Shown here in pieces: positions 57,968 through 64,000 of a stretch of 64,000 nucleotides of DNA. The stretch spans positions 161,538 to 225,537 of the forward strand of contig CAYGJY010000002.1 of NCBI GenBank assembly GCA_964350645.1, given 5' to 3'. The stretch comes from an uncultured Candidatus Saccharibacteria bacterium. GTDB lineage: Bacteria; Patescibacteriota; Minisyncoccia; Phycocordibacterales; UBA918. The notes under the pieces were generated by a model, which was given only the letters and a program-made list of their open reading frames with translations, ran no database searches and was not told the DNA's origin. The position numbers and the translations under genes were made by a program. Every line of letters begins with the position of its first letter. Position 1 is the stretch's first letter.

Positions 57968-58978
57968 CTAATCTTGATGAGTAAGTCTTTCAGCTAACGT
58001 AGGTATTTTACTGAAATCAAATTCAGGATTATGTGTCTGTATATAGTCAATAGTGGCGTCAAGTGTTTCTATCATTATTTCTTCGGCTAATGGCTCCCGT
58101 TCTGCTTCCGGTGCTGCATACAGACCCTTAATTTTTTCATTGATGGCTGGTAGGTGTACGCTATTCAGTTCTACTGCACCAGAATCTGTTAATACATCGT
58201 AGTATGTTTGCAGCCTTTCGCTTGCCGACAGATCTTTGTGTGAGTGATATAGACTGCCAAGGAGTAGAAAAGGCGCTAGCTGATAGTAAGTGTTAAGTCC
58301 ATTGCTAATAAAGGCTGCTCGGAAATTCTGCTGCGTCTCTAGATCGGGACTGAATAAGTGCAGTCCGTTACTGGCTGTGAACACTTCTGATGGGATATCT
58401 TTTTTTGCAACAGCGCACAGTAATAACAGATTCGCAACCGCTGAGGTGGTGTGTTCTTGGTCGCCACAGACACCGTGCATAGCTTCGTGGCAAATTAATT
58501 GGAGAAACTCGATCGCTGGGATATCGCCTCGCATCAAAAGTAGGTTCGCCCCCTCAGCGTCAGCTGACTCGTGCATGAATCTACCTAGGAGTGATTTTGG
58601 ATTATCTAATGGCCCAAAGGTCTGCACTGAAGTTTCTTTATCAAACACTACCATAGCAGTAGTTGTGGACATGCCGTCAAATGCTTCTGGAATAGCTTCC
58701 TGGAGTCCATTTTTTCCAGAAACTTGTGAAAAGGCCCATTGTAAAAAATTGACAAATTCTCGCTGCTCTCTTTCTGTCAGGTCTGCCACTATTGTTTCGG
58801 TGTCTTCGAGAAGTGTAAGTAGTTCAGTGGCATCCCAGTCGCCCTCAATTGTTTCAAATTGATGTGCTATGTAGCCAGCTGACTCCTGTGCTTTCAATAT
58901 TTCAGGCAAAGCTGCAGTCCCACCAAGTGCAACGGCACTAGTGATAAATTCCCTTCTGTTTAGTAGTGGTTTTTCCAT
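57968..58978 (-). CDS. Tat-signal protein with an HExxH motif (putative secreted zinc-dependent hydrolase)
   Basis: N-terminus MEKPLLNRREFITSAVALGGTAALP (RRxFI twin-arginine-like); LICHEAMHGVCGDQEH. Confidence 0.5.
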   Translation of the reverse strand: MEKPLLNRREFITSAVALGGTAALPEILKAQESAGYIAHQFETIEGDWDATELLTLLEDTETIVADLTEREQREFVNFLQWAFSQVSGKNGLQEAIPEAFDGMSTTTAMVVFDKETSVQTFGPLDNPKSLLGRFMHESADAEGANLLLMRGDIPAIEFLQLICHEAMHGVCGDQEHTTSAVANLLLLCAVAKKDIPSEVFTASNGLHLFSPDLETQQNFRAAFISNGLNTYYQLAPFLLLGSLYHSHKDLSASERLQTYYDVLTDSGAVELNSVHLPAINEKIKGLYAAPEAEREPLAEEIMIETLDATIDYIQTHNPEFDFSKIPTLAERLTHQD

Positions 58979-59008
58979 ATAACATCAATAATATCGTATC
59001 GATCATAA

Positions 59009-59057
59009 AAATGAAAACACCCCACCGCAATGAGTTATTCCTCCTTTCTTCCGCGCT
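59009..59057. repeat. 49-bp direct repeat, copy B (48 of 49 identical); here it is extended into a complete hairpin
   Basis: aaatgaaaacaccccaccgcaatgagttattcctcctttcttccgcgct, followed by gtgcggtgggggtgttttc. Confidence 0.6.
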
Positions 59058-59074
59058 GTGCGGTGGGGGTGTTT

Positions 59075-59347
59075 TCATTTGGTGGGGATATTTGTGTTCC
59101 TGCTGAGTATCAGCCAGGCGGCGTTACTGCCGCCAATTGGGCATTCTAGTACTCCGATACATCCCAGTTCTTCAGCTGAGACAAGCATTTCAGCTTGCGT
59201 GCCACGTTTAAGTTTTTGATGTTCTCCGTTTTTAAGCAGTGCAAAGAATGCGTTGACGAAGTTGAAAGTTTCTTTATTCAATTCCGTGTGCAGCCTGCAC
59301 CCAAGTTCTGCAAGGATGAGCATGACTGTATTGTGCGGTATCTCCAT
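59075..59347 (-). CDS. Hypothetical small protein (90 aa)
   Basis: ORF in the same orientation as the three other insert genes. Confidence 0.3.
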   Translation of the reverse strand: MEIPHNTVMLILAELGCRLHTELNKETFNFVNAFFALLKNGEHQKLKRGTQAEMLVSAEELGCIGVLECPIGGSNAAWLILSRNTNIPTK

Positions 59348-59475
59348 CGGAGCCTCCTATTTTGCATGTGAACCATAAACCCTTGCAAAGCGCAACAAAA
59401 TCCGTATACTACCGGGAGCTTACTAAAGACCTATGTTCGGTGATGGCTCGCTTGCGAGCTTGAGAACCAATGGGC

Positions 59476-59533
59476 AGAAATCGCGCCGTTTTGCGTGCGA
59501 GCATTCTGCTCGCGTCAAAACGGCGCGATTTCT
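59476..59533. promoter_or_regulatory. Very stable nested hairpin upstream of rplC (18-bp outer stem plus 7-bp inner stem) with no T-tract; candidate leader or regulatory RNA structure
   Basis: agaaatcgcgccgttttg cgtgcgagcattctgctcgcgt caaaacggcgcgatttct. Confidence 0.4.
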
Positions 59534-59575
59534 CATTTGAGGTCTAATAAGCAAATTATTAGATAAGGTTACAGA

Positions 59576-60196
59576 ATGAAATTCATTTTAGGAACCAAGG
59601 CAGGGATGACCCAAGTTTTTGACGAACAAGGAGTCGCTTTCCCAGTAACGCTATTGCGTGTGCCGAAGACCATCGTAACGGCTGTGAAAACAGTTGAGAA
59701 AGATGGTTACGAGGCGGTGCAGGTAGCAGCTGGTGAACAAAAAGAGTCTCGTGTTGCGAAAGCAACTCGAATCGGACTCGGCGGCGCGTACCAATTCGTG
59801 CAAGAATTTCGTCCCCGCAAAACCCAAAGTGAGTCAATCGACGGGATCGAAAAAGGGGCTGAGTTTGACGCTTCAGTTTTTACTGCAGGCGACACGGTTA
59901 CCGTTTCAGCAATCTCGAAAGGAAAAGGCTTCCAAGGGGTAGTAAAGCGTCATAACTTTGCTGGAGACAAGGCGTCACACGGACGCAAACACTCTGGACG
60001 TTCACCAGGTTCAATTGGAGCAACTGGACCAGCTCGAGTTTTCAAAGGAAAGAAGATGGCTGGACGAATGGGAACTGATCGGGTAACGGTCAAGAATCTT
60101 ATGGTTGTCCAAGTTAATCCAGAAGAAAATATTCTGCTTATTAAAGGAGCAGTCCCCGGTCGAAAAGGAACATTAGTAGAGGTTCGTAGCGCATAA
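59576..60196 (+). CDS. rplC: 50S ribosomal protein L3
   Basis: MKFILGTKAGMTQVFDEQG... Confidence 0.95.
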   Translation: MKFILGTKAGMTQVFDEQGVAFPVTLLRVPKTIVTAVKTVEKDGYEAVQVAAGEQKESRVAKATRIGLGGAYQFVQEFRPRKTQSESIDGIEKGAEFDASVFTAGDTVTVSAISKGKGFQGVVKRHNFAGDKASHGRKHSGRSPGSIGATGPARVFKGKKMAGRMGTDRVTVKNLMVVQVNPEENILLIKGAVPGRKGTLVEVRSA

Positions 60197-60198
60197 GT

Positions 60199-60882
60199 AT
60201 GGAAACAACAGTATTCACACAAGCTGGTAAAGAATCAGGCAAAGTCACTCTACCCGAAACGGTATTTGGTGTCGCTTGGAATCCTGATCTAGTTCATGAG
60301 GTCGTTGTTTCTATGACAAGCAACGCACGGACAAGTACTGCTCACACCAAAGATCGAAGTGAAGTACGCGGTGGTGGACGAAAGCCATGGCGACAGAAGG
60401 GAACTGGTCGCGCGCGACATGGTTCTCGACGTTCACCGATTTGGACTGGTGGAGGAGTTACGTTCGGCCCTCGAAACGAAAAAGATTATTCAAAGAAGAT
60501 CAATAAGAAAGTGCGAGCGAAAGCTCTCGCGAGTACATTGTCAAAGAAGCACGCTGACGGGGAAGTTCTTTTCCTCGATGCACTGAACTTTGATGGGCCA
60601 AAAACCGCTGAAGCAAAAGTTGCTATTAAAGCAATTGCAACTGGTAGCAAGCGAGATGATATGGCAACAAAGCGCAAGAACGCTGCTTTGATTGTTCTTT
60701 CAGAACGAAATGAAGCGGTTGAGAAAAGCTTCCAAAACTTTGGCAACGTCCTCGTTGCTCAAGTAAAAGATATCAACCCGGTTGATCTTCTTACCTACAA
60801 GTATGTTGTGGTAACAGAACCAGCAAAGGCCCTAGAAACCCTAGTGTCACGTATTGGTACTACAGCTAAGTCAGAAAAATAA
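60199..60882 (+). CDS. rplD: 50S ribosomal protein L4
   Basis: Conserved L4 core; rplC-rplD order. Confidence 0.9.
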   Translation: METTVFTQAGKESGKVTLPETVFGVAWNPDLVHEVVVSMTSNARTSTAHTKDRSEVRGGGRKPWRQKGTGRARHGSRRSPIWTGGGVTFGPRNEKDYSKKINKKVRAKALASTLSKKHADGEVLFLDALNFDGPKTAEAKVAIKAIATGSKRDDMATKRKNAALIVLSERNEAVEKSFQNFGNVLVAQVKDINPVDLLTYKYVVVTEPAKALETLVSRIGTTAKSEK

Positions 60883-60883
60883 C

Positions 60884-61270
60884 ATGCCTTTATTTGGAAA
60901 AAAGAAAGACGCTGACAGCGCTGCCCCGAAAGAGACTGCAGAGGTAACTAAGAAAGTTGCTCCAAAGAGCACTGCTTTGGTTACTGATCGCAACCTTTCA
61001 TCAGTCATCATCAAACCACGGATAACTGAAAAGGCAGTGAAGCAAGGTGAACGCAATGTGTATACATTTGTCGTTCGCCAAGATGCGACTAAGTTTGACA
61101 TCCGTGACGCCATCAAGGCGCACTATGGAGTCACTCCAGTCAAAGTGCATACCGTGACCCAGACACCCCGACAAGTTATGTCGCGGAGTAAAGGTCGCAA
61201 AATTGCGCAAAAGGGTTTGAAGAAAGCCTATGTGTACTTACAAGCCGGTGACTCAATTGAGCTCGCATAA
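60884..61270 (+). CDS. rplW: 50S ribosomal protein L23 with an N-terminal extension
   Basis: VIIKPRITEKAV...YTFVV... Confidence 0.85.
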   Translation: MPLFGKKKDADSAAPKETAEVTKKVAPKSTALVTDRNLSSVIIKPRITEKAVKQGERNVYTFVVRQDATKFDIRDAIKAHYGVTPVKVHTVTQTPRQVMSRSKGRKIAQKGLKKAYVYLQAGDSIELA

Positions 61271-61284
61271 TCTAACTCAGATAT

Positions 61285-62148
61285 ATGAAAAAACTCAAAC
61301 CAACATCACCAGGCCGACGCGGGATGACCGTGATCGAGTACAAGAAGAAGCTCACGACAAACCAAAGTAACCCACATAAGTCACTTACGAAAGGTAAGCG
61401 CAGTACTGGTGGACGCAACTCACAAGGTCGCATCACTACCTGGTACCGTGGAGCTGGTAACAAGCGAAAGTATCGTGCAGTTGACTTTAAGTTCGACAAG
61501 AAAGATATTCCCGCTAAGATCGAAACAATCGAGTACGATCCATACCGATCAGGTTTTATTGCTCTTGTGTTGTATGCCGATGGTGAACGTCGGTACATCC
61601 TGGTGCCACAAGGTATGAAAGAAGGAGATACCTTCATTGTGTCTGAAACAGCGAAGACAACGACTGGTAACCGTTTGCCACTCGCAAAAATCCCACTCGG
61701 TACTTTTGTGTACGGGATTGAAACGAAGCCAAACGGCGGTGCGCGCATTGCTCGCTCAGCCGGTAACTACGCTGAAGTGGTAGCACATGACGCGGGGTAC
61801 ACCCAAGTCAAGATGCCATCAACTGAAATTCGTAAGATTCTCTCAAGCTGTTGGGCAACCATTGGTGAAGTATCAAACGAAGAACACCGATTGGTAACGA
61901 TTGGTAAAGCGGGGCGCGCTCGGCATATGGGACTTCGACCGAAGACTCGTGGAACTGCCAAGAACCCAGTTGACCACCCTCATGGAGGTGGAGAGCAAAA
62001 ATCCCCACGTGGTCATCGTCGGCAGCGAACCAAGCAAGGTCGCCCGACTGGTAAAGGTCAAAAGACCCGATCACCGAAGAAGTATTCCAACAAGCTTATC
62101 GTCCAACGACGAAAGCCAGGAAAATTGATGCAAGGTAACAAGAAGTAG
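61285..62148 (+). CDS. rplB: 50S ribosomal protein L2
   Basis: MKKLKPTSPGRRG...GGGEQK... Confidence 0.95.
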   Translation: MKKLKPTSPGRRGMTVIEYKKKLTTNQSNPHKSLTKGKRSTGGRNSQGRITTWYRGAGNKRKYRAVDFKFDKKDIPAKIETIEYDPYRSGFIALVLYADGERRYILVPQGMKEGDTFIVSETAKTTTGNRLPLAKIPLGTFVYGIETKPNGGARIARSAGNYAEVVAHDAGYTQVKMPSTEIRKILSSCWATIGEVSNEEHRLVTIGKAGRARHMGLRPKTRGTAKNPVDHPHGGGEQKSPRGHRRQRTKQGRPTGKGQKTRSPKKYSNKLIVQRRKPGKLMQGNKK

Positions 62149-62165
62149 CCAAGCAAAAAATAAAC

Positions 62166-62202
62166 ACAAAAGGCCGGCCCCGTAGGGGCCGGCCTTTTGT
62201 GT
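62166..62202. terminator. 37-nt palindromic terminator identical to 56406-56442
   Basis: acaaaaggccggcccc gta ggggccggccttttgtgt. Confidence 0.7.
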
Positions 62203-62211
62203 TTAATTTAT

Positions 62212-62532
62212 TCAAACCCCGGGCTTTCTGGTTCGTTCTTTGAATTCAAAGAGTTTGAGTTTTTTGTCTTCCTGTAGTTGCTGGAAAATTTGTGGAGCGG
62301 GTGAGGTTGTATGAACAGCGACTTTCTGGGCTGACTGGCCGGAAATGAGAAGCTCCATACCAGCGGTGGTATAGGTGGCCGTAACATGGCGCGCGCCGCC
62401 CCGGCGGCGCGCGCCCGTACGAATTTCACCGGGAGCGATCATTTTTACTCCGGGAAGCTTTTTTAGAACCTGCACCACTAAAGCAGCGGTCTCAGTTAGA
62501 GTAGTATGTTCGTTTCCTCGGGGTTTTGGCAT
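62212..62532 (-). CDS. Questionable 106-aa ORF inside the rplB-rpsS insert. No SD and no recognisable family. It contains a 28-nt all-GC palindrome read as RRRGGAR.
   Basis: ORF length only. Confidence 0.2.
   Translation of the reverse strand: MPKPRGNEHTTLTETAALVVQVLKKLPGVKMIAPGEIRTGARRRGGARHVTATYTTAGMELLISGQSAQKVAVHTTSPAPQIFQQLQEDKKLKLFEFKERTRKPGV
62388..62415. repeat. 28-nt 100%-GC perfect palindrome (12-bp stem, tetraloop)
   Basis: ggcgcgcgccgc cccg gcggcgcgcgcc. Confidence 0.6.
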
Positions 62533-62577
62533 GAGTGAACCTTACCACACTTCTGTATCACGCAGTCTAGAAAACCA

Positions 62578-62612
62578 TTGACACTCCTATATATTTCGCG
62601 TAGTATTTGCGC
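62578..62612 (+). promoter_or_regulatory. Promoter-like TTGACA, 17-nt spacer, TAGTAT, pointing toward rpsS
   Basis: Consensus -35 with an acceptable -10 and a 17-nt spacer. Confidence 0.4.
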
Positions 62613-62859
62613 GTTCCCAACCTCAGTGTTCTAAAAGCCTGGCAGCCGATAGAACACAAACCAAATAAGAAATCCCAGGTAGTTGGCCGTTAACCAGCCC
62701 TGGATCAAAGATTTCGGACAGAAAGCACAATAGTGGTGCTTTTTATTAGTTAATGGAGTTCAGCGAAACGTTAGAGTGCGTGTTCCAGGAATTCGCCCTA
62801 GGAATGGGGCGAATTCGGAACTAAATTCTGAATAGTCGTTACACTCCTTTCATCATTTA

Positions 62860-63189
62860 ATGTCACGATCACTACACAAAGGACCAAACGTTGACGAACG
62901 TCTTCTGAAGAAGATTGCTGGTAAGAAGCCAGTCGATTTCAAGGAGCCGATCAAAGTTTGGAACCGCGCCGCAGTCATCTCTCCAGAAATGGTTGGCTTT
63001 ACCTTTGGCGTGCACAACGGCAAAGAACACAAGCCAGTTACACCATCAGAAGAAATGGTTGGTCATAAACTCGGTGAGTTTTCAGAAACTACCCGATTCT
63101 GGCGTCATGGAGGTAAGATGCAGAAAGAACTTGATCAGAAGAAGAAAGAAGCTGAAATTTCAGCTGCTAAAGCTGCTAAGGCTGCCTAA
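62860..63189 (+). CDS. rpsS: 30S ribosomal protein S19 with a Lys/Ala-rich C-terminal extension
   Basis: MSRSLHKGP...[10 protein letters not shown]... Confidence 0.9.
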   Translation: MSRSLHKGPNVDERLLKKIAGKKPVDFKEPIKVWNRAAVISPEMVGFTFGVHNGKEHKPVTPSEEMVGHKLGEFSETTRFWRHGGKMQKELDQKKKEAEISAAKAAKAA

Positions 63190-63194
63190 GTATT

Positions 63195-63512
63195 ATGAAA
63201 GCAGTACTAAAAAATTACCGCCAATCACCTCGTAAAGTCCGCCTTGTGGCTGATCTCGTGCGAGGTAAGAAGGTGAAGGATGCTCTCAACACGTTACGGT
63301 TTGTTGATAAGCGAGCATCAGAGCCGTTTGCGAAGGTTATCAAGTCAGCGCTGGCTAACGCCACTGACAAAGGTGTCAACGCAGATACACTCAAAATTAC
63401 AAAGGTCACTGTCGATAAGGGCCCAACGTACAAGCGCATGATGCCACGAGCTCGTGGTAGCGCTTCACGGATTAATAAGCGTAATAGCCACATCACTGTG
63501 GAACTTGGATAG
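63195..63512 (+). CDS. rplV: 50S ribosomal protein L22
   Basis: [19 protein letters not shown]... Confidence 0.9.
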   Translation: MKAVLKNYRQSPRKVRLVADLVRGKKVKDALNTLRFVDKRASEPFAKVIKSALANATDKGVNADTLKITKVTVDKGPTYKRMMPRARGSASRINKRNSHITVELG

Positions 63513-63515
63513 ATA

Positions 63516-64000
63516 TGACACACGTAGCACATCCATACGTTCAGCGTATTGGCATCAACCGAGACTGGCGGAGTCGCTGGTTTGCCGGTGATAAGAAAAA
63601 ATTCCGAGAGTATCTCCGCACCGACGCAGCGATCCGTAAGCTCCTTGAAAAAAAGCTCAAGGGTATGTCGATCGATGCAATTGAAATCGAGCGTGATGAA
63701 AAGGCATTACGCATTCTCGTGAAGACCTCACGACCAGGATTGGTCATTGGTCGGAGCGGAGAAGGGGCGGTTACTCTGAAGAAGGAGGTAGATATGCTTC
63801 TGCGTACTCTCAAGCTTTCAGAGAAGCCTGATATCAAAATCGATATTGAAGAAATTCGTTCACCAGAATCATCAGCCGCGATTGTTGGCCAGATGATTGT
63901 TGAGGGACTTGAGAAACGATTTCCGTTTCGCCGTGTTCTTAAACAAACTGTTGAAAAAGTCATGGCTAACCGTGACGTCGAAGGAGTGCGTATCATTCTT
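63516..64000 (+). CDS. rpsC: 30S ribosomal protein S3, 3'-partial at the window end
   Basis: MTHVAHPYVQRIGINRDWRSRWFA...KH-domain region; the ORF runs off the window. Confidence 0.85.

Noticed and set aside
62375-62581. 68-aa plus ORF in the rplB-rpsS insert
   Set aside because: Pro/Arg-rich translation of the GC palindrome region; no RBS. Treated as non-coding; even the 106-aa minus ORF is retained only at low confidence.
1-64000. CRISPR arrays, rRNA genes, transposases, integrases, reverse transcriptases
   Set aside because: Searched by eye for regularly spaced direct repeats, rRNA-like conserved blocks, and DDE, tyrosine-recombinase or RT motifs; none found. The insertions therefore cannot be attributed to a recognisable mobile element from this window alone.

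Overview
This 64-kb window reads as a gene-dense, moderate-GC bacterial chromosome segment that resembles a reduced Patescibacteria/CPR (possibly Saccharibacteria-like) genome; that lineage call is inference from gene content only. Housekeeping content includes RNase Y, ClpP-trigger factor, NusA, family-II pyrophosphatase, TpiA-Pgk, RecJ, RNase HI, HU and SOD. A competence and surface set is also present: a type IV pilus cluster (PilB, PilC, three prepilin-like genes), ComEC split into two genes, a cohesin/dockerin protein and a TSP3-repeat surface protein. One tRNA-Gly is present; no rRNA, CRISPR array or transposase/integrase was seen.

The main observation is that the normally contiguous str/S10 ribosomal-protein operon block (rpsL-rpsG-fusA-tuf-rpsJ-rplC-rplD-rplW-rplB-rpsS-rplV-rpsC) is interrupted three times:
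- 1. rpsG | fusA: a ~13.5-kb accessory island. It opens with a strongly AT-rich Zn-ribbon+DUF4145 (defence-island type) gene plus small membrane proteins, and ends with a GC-rich secreted-protein gene and a 39-nt perfect hairpin.
- 2. rpsJ | rplC: a 3.1-kb opposite-strand cassette. It holds a TrpR/YerC-like regulator bracketed by three copies of a perfect 18-bp palindrome, a Tat-signal HExxH protein flanked by 49-bp direct repeats, and an ORF-free 430-bp region with its own promoter-like -10.
- 3. rplB | rpsS: a 0.7-kb insert with a 28-nt all-GC palindrome and a promoter-like site. Inserts 2 and 3 are each bounded on the left by the same 37-nt palindromic terminator.

Other points: a large family of related CCGGC-core bidirectional terminator palindromes; a 26-nt motif shared upstream of rpsL and rpsS; a tiny promoter-peptide-terminator unit; and a cluster of unrecognisable small ORFs.
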